Shown piece after piece: positions 1 to 14,045 of a DNA stretch of 64,000 nucleotides; the stretch's first letter is position 1; the number at the start of each line of letters is the position of its first letter. The notes below the pieces were generated by a model, which saw only the letters and a program-made list of their open reading frames with translations, was not told the DNA's origin and did not search any database. The DNA is taken from contig NC_043015.1 of assembly GCF_006345805.1 (NCBI RefSeq), positions 29,264,001 to 29,328,000 on the forward strand. The letters run 5' to 3'. The translations under genes and the position numbers were made by a program. This DNA is from Octopus sinensis. Its lineage: Eukaryota.

Positions 1-434
1 AAGAATGAAGGTGAGAAAGTGAGAGAGCAAAGGTGAGAAAGAAATATGCATAACTATTGTGCCAATACTTTGATCCTAAGAAGGAATTAAAGGAGAATTA
101 CATAGACCTATATTTACAATGTTTGTAACCCCACCCACCCAAAAAAAATTACCAGACATTGCTCCCCCCTTTTATTTACATTCACAAACAAGGTAACAAA
201 CCACGTGCTGAGTTGATGTAATTGCTTGAAAATGCTGAGTCAGCTTCACTGATATCACATTAAATATAAGCATATAATTCGATATATGTATTATATGCGC
301 ATGCGAGTGTGTGTAATAGGAAGGATAATGATACGAATAAGACAGTAAAAAAAAATGAAGTGTTGAGGATAGACATATTAACATTAACAAGCTTAGATTC
401 AACCCTGTAGGTACTAAATGTATGGTTGGTATAA

Positions 435-509
<75 letters not shown>

Positions 510-510
510 G

Positions 511-1067
511 ATGCAGTACCAGGCAGTGGCTCTCATGGCTTCTGATCTTAACTGATTGGAAGTGTTATCATGTACATTGGTTTGCCTTGGTATAAGAGAT
601 GGGCTACAGCAAATATTCTGCTCAATACCACAGATTTGCTTGTCAGTTGTTTTACCTTAACCAGTTGAGCGTGTCCCTTAGTGGCTGACGATATGTGCAT
701 CTCTGATTATGAGCAGAAGTAGTGGGGGAGCATCATAGCCATGTGTTGAGAAGGATTCTTTGGGGTTTGAATAATTCACCCCTGGAAACATGGGTGTTTC
801 ATTCAACATCCTTAAACAACCCTTATTCAGGGACCTTTTGAGCAGGATTGGCCACTCAACCTGAAGAAAATTCTAACTGGGCTCCACCTGCAAGGTCATG
901 TGCTGTTTATCTTGATATGAGATCACCATGTTGCGCACATATGGTTGTCATGCATGTGCCGGGTGTACTCTTATCAGACGGGTAGTCATGATGGGTATGC
1001 TGGGCTTCGTATATTTTACGAAGCCCAGTATGCCATCACTTTGATGGCATGCACTGCTCTCTCACTC
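511..1067 (+). mobile_element. About 560-bp interspersed element embedded in (TAA)n
   Basis: (TAA)n on both sides; a partial second copy at 45298-45607 (-) also abuts (TAA)n. Confidence 0.65.
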
Positions 1068-1162
1068 AATAATAATAATAATAATAAATGTCCTGATGAT
1101 AATGATATATAATGTCCAACCTATAAGGGTGTGTATCAATTGGATGATGTCAAAAGATATTA

Positions 1163-1583
1163 CTCTTTACTCTTTACTCTTTTACTTGTTCCAGTCATTT
1201 GATTGCGGCCATGCTGGAGCACCGCTTTTAGTCGAGCAACTCGACCCCGGGACATATTCTTTGTAAGCCCAGGACTTATTCTATCGGTCGCTTTTGCCGA
1301 ACCACTAAGTTACGGGGACATAAACACACCAGCATCGGTTGTCAAGCAATGCTAGGGGCACAAACACACACACAAACATACACACACATACACACACATA
1401 TATATATACATATACATACATATATACGACGGGCTTCTTTCAGTTTCCGTCTACCAAATCCACTCACAAGGCTTTGGTCGGCCCGGGGCTATAGTGGAAG
1501 ACACTTGCCCAAGGTGCCACGCAGTGGGACTGAACCCAGAACCATGTGGTTGGTAAGCAAGCTACTTACCACACAGCCACTTC
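1163..1583 (-). mobile_element. SINE family 2, near full length
   Basis: Reverse complement of the family 2 consensus including the (TAAAAGAG)n-like tail. Confidence 0.8.
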
Positions 1584-1588
1584 TACGC

Positions 1589-1619
<31 letters not shown>

Positions 1620-3309
1620 GTTTCAGTTACTAGACTGTGGCCATGCTGGAGCACAGCCTTGAAGAATTTTTAGTCGAATGAATCAACCCTAGTACTTATG
1701 TTATTTTTGGTACTTATTCTATTGGGTTTCTTTTGCCAAACAGCTAGATTATGGGGATGTAAACACACCAACACCGATTGTCAAGCAGTGGTGAGAAACA
1801 AACAAAGAAACACACACACACACACATACACTCACACGCATACATACACAAATATATGACAGGCTTCTTTCAGTTTCCATCTACCAAATCCACTCACAAA
1901 GCTTTGGTTGGCCTGAGGCTATAGTAGAAGACACTTGCCCAAGGTGCCTCTCAGTGGGACTGAACCCAGAACTGCATGGTTGGGAAAGCAAGCTTCTTAA
2001 CCACACAGCCACACCTGACCTGCACATACATACATACATATGTATATATATATATATATATATGTATGTGTATGAAGTAGTCACCTGAGTATCAATCAGT
2101 AAGCCGACCATTAATAAGGTGCAATTAACCTTTGCTTAGGCTGGCTATTGATACTATATATAAACATTATGAGTTAAGCAGATTCCACTCTGAATCCATC
2201 AAGTTCCGTTCTTATAGACCGTTTCCTTTCATAGTCAAACACATTTGGAGAAGCATTATTTTGTTTGATTTCTTCTCTTTCAGTTTTTCTTTCTGTCTTC
2301 CTTCCTTTCTTTCCTTTCTTTTCTTTCTTTCGTTTTTCCCTTTATTTCATTCTTATCCTTTTTCATTTTTGTTTTTCTTTTTGTTTTTGTTTTTGTTTTT
2401 TTTTTGTTTTTTCTTCTTATTTCATTCTTCTTCTTTTTCACTTTTGTTTTTGTTTTTGTTTTTTTTGTTTGTTTTTTACTTCTTATTTCATTCTTATTCT
2501 TTTTCACTTTTTTTTTTGTTTTTTTTTCCTTCTTATTTTTATGTGGAAATGTGATAGAATAGATTTAACGATGATTCTGCTCCTAGAATCCGTGGTGGTG
2601 TTGGTGGTGGTGGAGTTGGTGGAATAGTTGTCGCTGTTGTTGTTGTTGTTGGTGGTAGTGGTGGTGGTGGTGGTAGTGTTAGGGGACAGGAGGAGGAGGA
2701 GAAGGATAAAGTTGCTGACCAGGCATTTTATAAAGAAAAAAAAGGCCTCTGTTCTTGAATGAGAGATCTGCATGTTTAAGTGTGATCAAAAGCCAAATAT
2801 CAAAAGCTTTATAATGTATGGAAGTATTTGTTACGAAACAGAATCAGAGAGAGAGAAGTTCTCTTAAAAAGAGACAGAAGGAAGACAAACAAAGAGACCA
2901 AAGAGAGAGAGAGCGAGGATCAAATTAATGTTTGTATATAGAAAATGCAAAATATATATAAAAAAAAAAAATAATATTTTGCAACTAACATTCTTTGATA
3001 TTTCGTGGTGGTTCATCAACACAACAGCAAGGTGTTAAAGTAGGCTCTAATTGAAGCCAACAGTGAATTATTTAACCTTTCAATACACTCTAAAGGTATT
3101 TATTGACCTTCAATAGTGTTAATGTAGACCACACATATATATATATATATTTATTTATTTTTTGCTTTTTTTGTTTTTATTTTTGAGATTAAAGGATTAA
3201 TTTAACAATGGAATAATAATAGTTTGCAGAATCTATACAGATATTATATTTTTCTCCTTAATCTAAGATTTGATTTATAAAAATTCTTAAAATTTAGAAT
3301 TAAATTAAT

Positions 3310-3511
3310 TTTATATTATTATTATTATAATTATTATTACTATTATTATTATTGTTGTTATTATTATCATTATTATTATTATTATAATTATTATTACTAT
3401 TATTATTATTGTTGTTATTATTATCATTATTATTATTGTTGTTATTATTATCATTATTATTATTGTTGTTACTATTATTATTATTGTTGTTATTATTATC
3501 ATTATTAATTC

Positions 3512-3547
<36 letters not shown>

Positions 3548-3743
3548 TATTATTGTTGTTATTATTATCATTATTATTATTATTATTATTATTATATTAT
3601 TATTATTATTATTGTTGCTATTATTATTATTATTATTATTATTACGATTATTATTATTGCTATTATAATTATTATTGTTGTTATTATTATTATTATTATT
3701 ACTATTATATATTATTATTATTATTATTATTACTATTACATAC

Positions 3744-3774
<31 letters not shown>

Positions 3775-3992
3775 TTATTATTATTATTATTACTATTACA
3801 TACTATAATTATTATTATTATTTTTATTATTTTATATATATATTATTATTATCATTATTATTATTATATATTATTATTATTATATGTTGTTATTATTATC
3901 ATTATTATTGTTATTGCTGTTGTAGTTGTTATTGCAATAATTATTGCTGTTGTTATTTTCATCATTATCATCATCATCATCATCATTATTTA
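3310..3992. repeat. Degenerate (ATT)n microsatellite
   Basis: Directly visible; source of poly-I/L/Y spurious ORFs. Confidence 0.95.
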
Positions 3993-6900
3993 ATATTTCC
4001 CTGATTCTGCAAATTAAAAAGATTGCATTATAGGATAAACATTTTTCTTACAGGATTTCAGAAATATTCAAAAGAGAAAAATTTTTATAATTCTCAATTT
4101 TTAATTAATTATCTTTCAATATTATGTTAAATAAAAGCATGGCTGTGTGGGTAAGGAATTTACTTCACAATCATTTGGTTTTGGGTTCAATCCCATTGCA
4201 CGACACTTTAGACAAATGCCTTTTATTATAGCCGTGTGTAAGGTGGTGAGCTGGCAGAATCATTAGCATGCTGGACGAAATGCTAAGTGATATTTCACCT
4301 GTCGCTATGTTCTGAGTTCAAATTCCGCCAAGATTGACTTTGCCTTTCATCCTTTTGGGGGTTGATAAATTAAGTACCAGTCAAGTACTGGGGTCAATGT
4401 AATTGACTATCACAGCCCCCAAATTTCAGGCCTTGTGCCTGTAGCAGAAAGGATTATAGCACTAGGCTGCCCTTATGAGTGAATGTGGTAACTGTGAAAT
4501 TGCAAGATGGCTTGATGAATATACAAGTATGTGGTGTGTGTGTGTGTGTGTGTGTGTGCATGTGTGTGGATGTTGATATTTCATGGCTTCAATTGAGCAA
4601 AACAGTGACATAATGTTGACATTCCTCGTTGACATTATCACAAGTCACTCTGCATTTGAATGCCTCTAAAATAAAAGCAAAAAAATCCCTTACATGTAAA
4701 AGTGGTTACTTATACACACACATACACATATATATAATAACAATTTAATAAATAAAACATATGCATACGTACATACATATATGTACATACCTACATCTAT
4801 ATGTATATATACATGCATATATGGGTACAGGACACCACAAATAAACGTAGAACACAACGAGAAACAAAAACATAAAATCAAACAAGGAAACGGACTTTTC
4901 TTAACAATGAAAACACAGAGTACAGGACAAACAATACAAGGAAAATTCCCCTTCATCAGCTGCCCCTGTTTCGACTCAATGCGTGTTTCGAAGGTAAGGG
5001 CAGAACACGATCCAGCCGAAGCAGTCCATACATATATACGACAGACTTCTTTCAGTTTCCATCTACCAAATACACTCACAAGGCTTTGGTTGGCCCGAGG
5101 CTATAGTAGAAGACACTTGTCCAAGGTGCCATGCAGTAGGACTGAACCTGGAACCATGTGGTTGGTAAGCAAGCTACTTACCACACAGCCACTCCTACGC
5201 CTATTATTAGGAATTTTACAAAAATTATTATTAGAATATTTTGTGTATTACAGAAGTATAACCAGTTTATCGTACAAGAATTTTAACAATGAAATCTATG
5301 GACCCCAATGACCATATGGACCCCACTTGAGAACCTCAGAACTAAAACTCTTCAAGGCAATGCCTCCAGCATGGCCACAATCCAATGATCGAAGGAAGGA
5401 AAGATAGAAGATAAAGAAATGTAAAAACTAGAAGCAAAAACCAAATTTCACTGAGTTTGTAAAATGCTTCTATTGAAGGACTGGGATGGAATCCAGATCA
5501 AAGCATTTCAATTCATCTTTGAAAATAACAAGTATCTTTTAGCATCTTTAATCTAACTTGAGGAAACACAAAGGTTTTATGGCTGGTCCCAGGCGAAGCA
5601 AAATATATAGATAAAAATATAAAATTTTGTTCAGAACCCACTCAAAAAAATTATTGAAATTTCCAAATCCTTTGATTTTTATGCCAGAGAGATAAAGATA
5701 TAATTTGCAAAGACAAAAAAGAAAATGGTGTTTTTATCAAAAAATGAATGGAATACAAAGTTTAAAGATTTCTTGGGGGCAGCTACAGAAGTTGTATAGA
5801 AAGATAATTAATTTAGTAAATACAGAATACACTAGTGTTTATGATCTACTATTTAGAGGTTAGTAAGGTGGCAAGCTGGCAGAATCGTTAGCACGCCAGG
5901 CGAAATTCTTACTGGTATTTCGTCTGCCGCTACGTTCTGAGTTCAAATTCCGCCGAGGTCGACTTTGCCTTTCATCCTTTCGGGGTCGATTAAATAAGTA
6001 CCAGTTACGCACTGGGGTCAATATAATCGACTTAATCCGTTTGTCTGTCCTTGTTTGCCCTCTCTGTGTTTAGCCCCTTGTGGGTAGTAAAGAAAAAGGT
6101 GGCAAGCTGGCAGAATCATTAGCATGCCGGGCAAAATGCTGAGCAAATTCTGCCATGGTCAACTTTGCCTTTTATCCTTTCAGGGTTGATAAAATAGTAC
6201 TAGGTGAACATCAGGGCTGATGTAATTGACTAGTCCTCTCCCCTGAAATTGCTGGCCCTGTGCCAAAATCTGAAACCAATATTAGAAGGTCGGTGTATTT
6301 CCTTTTGGACAGCAAATGAATGGATTTATAGGTTACTGGACAGCTGGCTGGAGGGTCAGCTGTGTACTGTGTTGTATCCATGTCCAAGACACTAAGCCAT
6401 GCAGTGAGACTGAACCTGAAACTATGTAGTTAGAAAGCAAATTCTGTAAAACTTGTATAATATTATAGATGTGTTGTCAAGGCTATTACACCACACCACA
6501 AAAATATAGACAGAAAGACATCAGTTGACAATACAACTGTTCTCTAAAGAATATCCTATGAAACAGAAGATATTATATAATTGATTTTGATATCCAGATA
6601 TGAGAGGAAAATTTAATACCCTGATAATACATTGTCTGATAATGCAGCTAAACTTTGGCACTACAAATCTGGAATTTTAAATCTGAAATCACCCAATCAG
6701 AGACAAGAAATTCAATCAACCATTCCGGTACATTTCATCTATTAATATTAAATAATGCTAACGCTAATTCTATGAATCCAACATACAATGCTTCGAAGAT
6801 AAGGTTGGGAGGAATTAGAAGTAGTGACGCTGTAAGAGACTTGGAAAGATTAAATATACTAGACCATGGAGGAAGACAAAAAAAATCATTAAAAAATATA

Positions 6901-8159
6901 GGGAAAGGGTTATTAAACAATGAAAATGAAAATATAGTTATATGCTTAATTCTACATATATAGCGGTGCCCCAGCATGGCCACAGCTCGTGAGCTGAAAC
7001 TAGATAAAATAAATAAATAAAAATAAATATTAAACTAGCAGAATGTATTGTAGTATAAAACATAAGTAGTTTAGAAGTATATCATTTCCTAGTACCATAC
7101 CACCTGTTTCAGGGTTAGGCGGTCAGCAACTAAACTGGGTTGCCAGGCGAGGAAGGTGTCGTGGACAGAAGGTGTTGTGAGCTCATTGTGAACCAGTGGC
7201 CATCCACATGAGTGTGTGAGCATGTATGTTTTTGCGTCTGTGTTTGTCTCCCACCACCGCTTGATGTGTTTACGTCCCTATAACTTAGCAGTTCAGCAAA
7301 AGAGACTAATAGAATAAGTACCAAGCTTACAAAAAAAAAATGAAAAAAAAAAATGAAATCGGCATCAATTTGTTCAACAAAAAATTCTTCAAGGCAGTGC
7401 CCCAGAATGGCCACAGTCTAATGACAGAAACACCAAGAAAAAGATAAAAGAATATAATAAGAGAAAGTGTCTTCCACCATAGTGGAAGTAAGTAGCTTGC
7501 TAACCAACCACATGGTTCCGGGTTCAGTCCCACTGCGTGGCATCTTGGGCAAGTGTCTTCTGCTATAGCCCCGGGCCAACCAATGCCTTGTGAGTGGATT
7601 TGGTAGACGGAAACTGAAAGAAGCCTGTCGTATATATGTATATATATATGTATATATATATACGTGTGTGTGTGTGTGTTTGTGTATCTGTGTTTGTCCC
7701 CCTAGCATTGCTTGACAACCGATGGTGGTGCGTTTACGTCCCCATCACTTAGCGGTTCAGCAAAAGAGACCAATAGAATAAGCACTGGGCTTACAAAGAA
7801 TAAGTCCCGGTGTCAATTTGGTCGACTAAAGGCGGTGCTCCAGCATGGCTGCAGTCAAAATGACTGAAACAAGTAAAAGAGTAAAAGAGTATAGTCTTTG
7901 GGTGACAATTGCATCAAGAGTGGAATTTGCAAGAGAAAAATGATGAGTAAGCTCTTTCAGAGAGGGAGAGAGAGAGAGAGAGAGAGAGAGTGTGTGTGGG
8001 TGTGTGTGTACGCATTTATATATAGATATATATATTAGTAATAAGACACATTCTTACTCCACAGGATACATTATAATTAGTCCTAATGAAGTATTTTTCA
8101 CCTAAAGTGATCAATAAATATTGATATAAGTCATGAATTAGGGTTGCAACCTAAGCAAT

Positions 8160-8350
8160 TCATATACACATACATACATACACACATACATACATACATA
8201 CATACATACATACACACATACATTCATACATACATACATACACACATACATACATACATACATACATACATACATACATACATGCATGCATGCATACATA
8301 CATACATACATACATACATAAATATATACATACATACATACATACATGCA

Positions 8351-8381
<31 letters not shown>

Positions 8382-8520
8382 GTATATATTTATGTATATT
8401 ATGTATATACATGTGTGTATATATATATGTGTATGTATGTACGTATGTACGCATGTATGTATGTATATATGAATGTATGTATGTATGTATGTATGTACGT
8501 ATGTATAGTGTATGTGTGTG
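8160..8520. repeat. (ACAT)n followed by inverted (GTAT)n
   Basis: Directly visible. Confidence 0.9.
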
Positions 8521-9151
8521 TATCTTTCACTGTTGTATATCAGTGAAGAATATATAGACCAACAGAAAAACAAAACAGAACAAAAAAAAAAAAAAAAAAA
8601 AAAAAAACTGGTGCTTTTTCAAAAGAAACTCCTGGAGATATTTGTTCTGCTTCGTCAGACACTCTTTTATCACTGTCACCAAGGTGGTAAACCAACAATT
8701 ATTGGCCCATTGGAAACCCGAAGCTAACAATACCTCATCCACAAATTGAGATCAAAAAAAAAAAATCAATAAAATAAATAAAGATTATCTGATCATAGAA
8801 AGCAAGCAAACTGCATTTCACAGTGGTGAACAGCACTTTTACTGCACAATTATTTATATCTAAGTGAAATGAGGGTTGAATGTGTTTTATGCCAGCAAGA
8901 GAGTACATATGAACTGTCCAGCTCTGTGCCATTGGGTTTGGCAGCAGCCTATTGACTCAGCTTGTGGAGGCGCAATGGCCCAGTGGTTAGGGCACTAGCT
9001 TAATGATAACTAAGTTATTTTACTGAATTATTTGTTATATTTAAAGTAATTGAGAAAAAAAACAGAGCAGCTCAAAATAAATACGGTAACGAAAGGGTTA
9101 AAGTAAGAAGTTCTCTATCTGTTCCTCCCATTAATATCTCCATATAACCCA

Positions 9152-9710
9152 GGATGCGCAATGGCCCAGTGGTTAGGGCAGTGGACTCGCGGTCATAGGA
9201 TCGCGGTTTCGATTCCCAGACCGGGGGTTGTGAGTGTTTATTGAGCAAAAACACCTAAATCTCCACGAGGCTCCGGCAGGGGATGGTGGTGATCCCTGCT
9301 GTACTCTTTCACCACTCTTTCTCTCACTCTTACTTCCTGTTTCTGTTGTACCTGTATTTCGTGGTTAGGGCAGCGGACTTGCGGTTGTAGGATCGCGGTT
9401 TCGATTCCCAGACCGGAAGTTGTGAGTGTTTATTGAGCAAAAACACCTAAAGCTCCACGAGGCTCCGGCAGGGGATGGTGGTGATCCCTACTGTACTCTT
9501 TCACCACGACTTCCTGTTTCTGTCGTATCTGTATTTCAAAGGACCGGCCTTGTCACTCTCTGTGTCACGCTGAATATCTCTGAGAACTACGTTAAGGGTA
9601 CACGTGTCTGTGGAGTGCTCAGCCACTTACACATTTAGTTTCACGAGCAGGCTGTTCCGTTGATCGGATCAACCGGAACCCTCGTCGTCGTAACCGACGG
9701 AGCGCTTCCA
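9152..9710 (+). mobile_element. tRNA-headed SINE family 1, tandem partial copies, tail type a
   Basis: Head ggaggcgcaatggcccagtggttagggc..gtttcgattccc (A/B-box-like); three starts at about 8967, 9152 and 9361. Confidence 0.75.
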
Positions 9711-11958
9711 AAAAAAAATTGACTCAGCTGAACAGTGACGGACTCGCCTTTGTGTTTTCTGAATGAGATAAGGAAAAGATTTATAATCGGAAGTTTCTCA
9801 AATCAGAAAGAGATTCGAATGTAATGTGATATGAAAGGTAGGGCAGTGAGAGTGTCAAGATTACAGAACCCAAACCTAAATGCTTTATTCATTTTTATTC
9901 TTTATCCTTTATTCGTTTCAGTCATTAGACTGCGGCCATGCTGGGGCACCACCCTGAAGAACCTTTAGTCAAATTAATCAATGACCCCCCAGTACCTCTC
10001 TCTTTCTCTTTTCACTCTTTTACTTGTTTCAGTCATTTCACTGCAGCCATGCTGGAGCACTGCCTTTAGTAGAGCAAAATGACCCCAGGCCTTATTCATT
10101 GTAAGCCCAATACTTATTCTATTGGTCTCTTTTGCCGAACCGCTAAGTGACGGGGATGTAAACACACCAGCATCGGTTGTCAAGCAAACACAGACACAAA
10201 AACATACACACACTGCCTTTAGTCGAGCAAATCGACCCCGGGACTTATTCATTGTAAGCCCAATACTTATTCTATCGGTCTCTTTTGCTGAACCGCCAAG
10301 TGACGGGGACGTAAACACACCGGCATCGGTTGTCAAGCAATGCTAGGGGGACAAACACAGACACAAAATTATCAACTCAGCCCTTCTGTGAAACTGCTGG
10401 CCTTGTGCCAAAATTTGAAACCGATATTTATAACCAAATTGACAATTTCTGTCTTGTCTATAAAAACGGAGCAGAAAAGATTGTGATTAAGCAACTTCAA
10501 AAGGATATGAAAAATGTCTTAATGTGAATTTGGATCCACCATATTCTAAGAACCAGAGTGAAATTTTATGCTACATTGTACAAGATATTAATTTCAGTTT
10601 TTAATAAGCTATCAGTGATGCTATATGTATATATAATGGATGTAAATATTTTAGATTTTAAACATCGTACATATGTACAAAGCAACAATGTTAGTTGGCG
10701 CTGTTGCAGAAAGTGATCTTCGGTCAACAACTTACCAAGAAAACAATTTCCTTTTGTGGAAGCTAAATTATGATCACACAAACAGATACACACAAATACA
10801 TATAAATACATAGATACATATACAGACACACAAATACACAAATACACACAAATACAGAGACACACAGACATATAAAGGAGATGAGAAGGGGAGGGAGAGA
10901 GAGAGCGGAATGGTAATTTTCCTTGCTCTAATTATCCCAGAAGTAGTTAATTTGGAAATTCTAATAAATGTCAGTAACCTTGATATAAACAGGTTGCTGC
11001 TGCTGCTACTGCTGCTGCTGCTGCTATTGTTTAGGCTCAGACCACCACTGATACAGGGAATATAAAACAAAAGACATTCCATCCATGTCTATCCAGTTGG
11101 ATTTTTTAAAAAGATTTAGACACTACATCAAGAACAGTGTTCCTTAATTTTCATTTTTTTTGCTTTTATTTTTTGTCCCCTTTTTCATGCTTGCATGGGT
11201 CACATGAAATTTGTCCAGGGAGATTTTCCGTAGCTGGATACCCTTCCTGTCACCAACCATCACTTGTACCCAAGGAAGGTAATATTTCTCCATGACCAGA
11301 CATGTTCCTAGAGAAGATTGGAAACAAATGACACTGCTTGCACAACAGTGACACTTATTTACAACTATCACATGATGTCAAGGTAAGGAGACAGTAACAC
11401 ACACAAACACACGTCTGTGTGTCTATCTATAGGTGTGTGTGTAATCATAAATGACAGAGAAATATTTTGATGAACTTTTATTTAACAAAAAGAAAAATCC
11501 TAAAATCACAACAAATTGTTCCATAACTTAAAAACATGTACATAATTTTATATATTATATTTAATCTTAATATATAAAACAGAGTTTGTGTGTGTGTGTA
11601 TGCTCCTTATGGATTTGAAAACTGAATTACCAATTTTGACATATAAGCTGCAGATTTTAACATATGATTTTGACAAATTCAGTAATCTTTCAGCCTCCAA
11701 ATAAATTATGTTTTTTACACAACAACTCTTTTTTTCCTGCAAAAATAACCTCGGAAATGAGGTTGGGTTGCACAATTTTGAGGTCTTTAGCATAGGGAAG
11801 CAACTCTGTCTGAACAATCTGTCTTAGATACAGCATAATGAGAAAATGTTTAAAATACATGGAGTTTTATTAGGGAATGAAACTTCAAAGATATACTATC
11901 AACTAATCTTTTAATGTGAAATATGTTTATATTTTGAGCCCAGAGTCGCCTCTGATGT

Positions 11959-12707
11959 AGCAGTGCTTGGAAGGAAGGTGTGTAGTGTGTGATCATTGCA
12001 TCGACCATGACAGAGAAAGTTGATCAAAGAATCTGCATCAAATTTTGCCAAAAGCTTGGCGATACCTGCTCAGAGGCCTATGCAAAGTTTGCAAAAAGTA
12101 TTCATCATTCTCGGCACAATCAAGGAGATCTTGTGCAACTGAAACCCAAGTGTCTTTTTGGTCAACTGAAAGCAGTTTTGGCACAAACTTGGCAGACACG
12201 TATCTCATACCCAAATCTTCAGTGATAATGGACTGAGCTGAACCATAACTAATCTGCACATCCTCTGATAACTCACAGATAGTGATTTGAGGATTTCCCC
12301 TCACAGCTGCATGCACATCTGCAATGTTTTTCTCAGTTCTGCAAGTTTTGGGTCTTCCAGAACATTCGTGAACATTGACATTTTTTTGACCATCTTCAAA
12401 ATGTCTGAACCACTCAGACACTTGTGTGCGGCTCATACACTCCTCTCCATACACTTTCTGCAACCCTGTACAGGCCTCTGAGCAGGTATTGCCATGAGAA
12501 TTTTCTCTGTCGTGGTCAATGCAACAATCACATGCTACACACCTTCCTTCCAAGCACTGCAGTAAACAGTAGAAGTGAAATAGAACGTTAAAACTTAGTG
12601 CCCATACACAGCAGAGTTCAAGGTCAATCTGTGCCCAGCAGCTTCACCCTGTGTGCTTTAGCTTCGTTACTATGGCAACAGTCCAGATACTTATTGAGGA
12701 AACCTCG
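11959..12707 (-). mobile_element. Mariner 5' half (TIR plus HTH region) fused to an inverted second 5' fragment
   Basis: TA-CGAGGTTTCCTCAATAAGTATC TIR at 12709-12686 on the minus strand; MSRTQVSEWFRHF..CSGRP..SAKFVPKLL; + strand fragment MTEKVDQRICIKFC at 11959-12100. Confidence 0.8.
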
Positions 12708-13364
12708 TACATGCACAATGGGCTTCATCCAGTTTCTGTTTGCCAAATCCACTCACAAAGCTTTGGTCAGTCTGGACTATATTAAAAAAACACTTGTCCA
12801 ACATGTCATGCAGTGGGACTGAACCTGAAACCATATGGTCGACAAGTAAACTTCTTACCATGCAACCACCTCTGCACCTCACACGGAATTAAATACACCA
12901 CCGAAAACTGAAATGTGTTAGAATGCAACACTTCAGTGAAATGCAGCTCTGAGAATATAAACGTTTGAAATGTGCTTTTGCATCAATTTACCGATTCTTT
13001 CATATGATCTGCTTCAAAACTGAAGTATAAATTTGGCAAGCTACTTCACAGAGGGAGAGAGAGAGTGAGAGAGTGAGAGAGAGAGATGGGGTGTAATTTC
13101 AACATTATGATGTTGTTACAAGCAAGATCAATTGCATAATTATTATTTGTTGTTTACTGAATGTTAAATATCGGTGGCCATAAATGGAACCAAAAACAAA
13201 CAAAACAAGATTATTCTACTGATGTGTGAACACTCGAAAGTTAGATTTCTACGATGGCACTAAATAACAAAGAAGCTTATTTCAGAACTATCATTCTATT
13301 ATGGCAACAAAGGAGTTCCTATAGTATAGGTATACTATAGGTATAGATGTTCAGGTGTGAAGGT

Positions 13365-14045
13365 GCATGGCTCAGGGGTTAGAATATCAGGCTTACAATT
13401 ATGAGGAAGTGAGTTCGATTCCTGGACTGAGAGATGCATTATATTCTTGAGCAAGACACTTTATTTCATGTTATTCCAGCTGGAGAAATGAGTTGTGATG
13501 TCACTGGTTCTCGGGGAGATTCAGCATGATACAGAACATGACAAAGCCGGCCCCAGATGCTGAATGAGCTGGAGTAAAATGAAAGAAAGTGTCTTGCTCA
13601 AGGGGACAGGGCACAGCTGGAAATTAAACTCATGACCTTTTGACCATGAGTCGAATACCCTAACCACTAAGCTATGCACTTTCACGGATAGAATCTAACT
13701 GGCCCTTGATGGTTACAACAACAAAGGTTCCAGTTGATCCAAACAACAGAACAGCCTGCTCATGAAATTAACGTGCAAGTGGCTGAGTACTCCACAGACA
13801 TGCATACCCTTAACGTAGTTCTCAGAGAGATTCAGCATGACACAAAACATGACAAAGCCGGCCCTTTGAAATACAGTTGCTACCCCTTTTTGCCGGCTGA
13901 ATGAGCTGGAGTAACATGAAAAAAAGTGTCTTGCTCAAGGGCACAGTGCACTGCTGGGAATTGAACTCACGACCTCACAACCTTATGACCATGAGTCGAA
14001 TACCCTAACCACTAAGCTATGCGCTTTCATGGACAGAATCTAATA
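13365..14045. mobile_element. Cluster of SINE fragments in both orientations with a direct duplication of about 200 bp
   Basis: gaccatgagtcgaataccctaaccactaagctatgc occurs at about 13642 and 13988. Confidence 0.55.

Noticed and set aside
511-620. HDV-like ribozyme at the 5' end of the (TAA)n element
   Set aside because: Could not build the P1/P2/P3 nested pseudoknot by eye.
3311-4004. Long ORFs rich in I/L/Y (also YVCM/HTYI ORFs at 8.1, 24.8, 33.5-34.9 and 44.3 kb)
   Set aside because: They are translations of microsatellites; no splice or codon evidence.
4940-5000. CTGATGA and two GAAAC motifs on the minus strand
   Set aside because: Order and pairing do not build a hammerhead; at most a rearranged PLE-like end.
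10910-11065. Poly-Leu ORF as the missing CHST transmembrane exon
   Set aside because: The hydrophobic run is a (CTG)n microsatellite and the frame stops without a donor.
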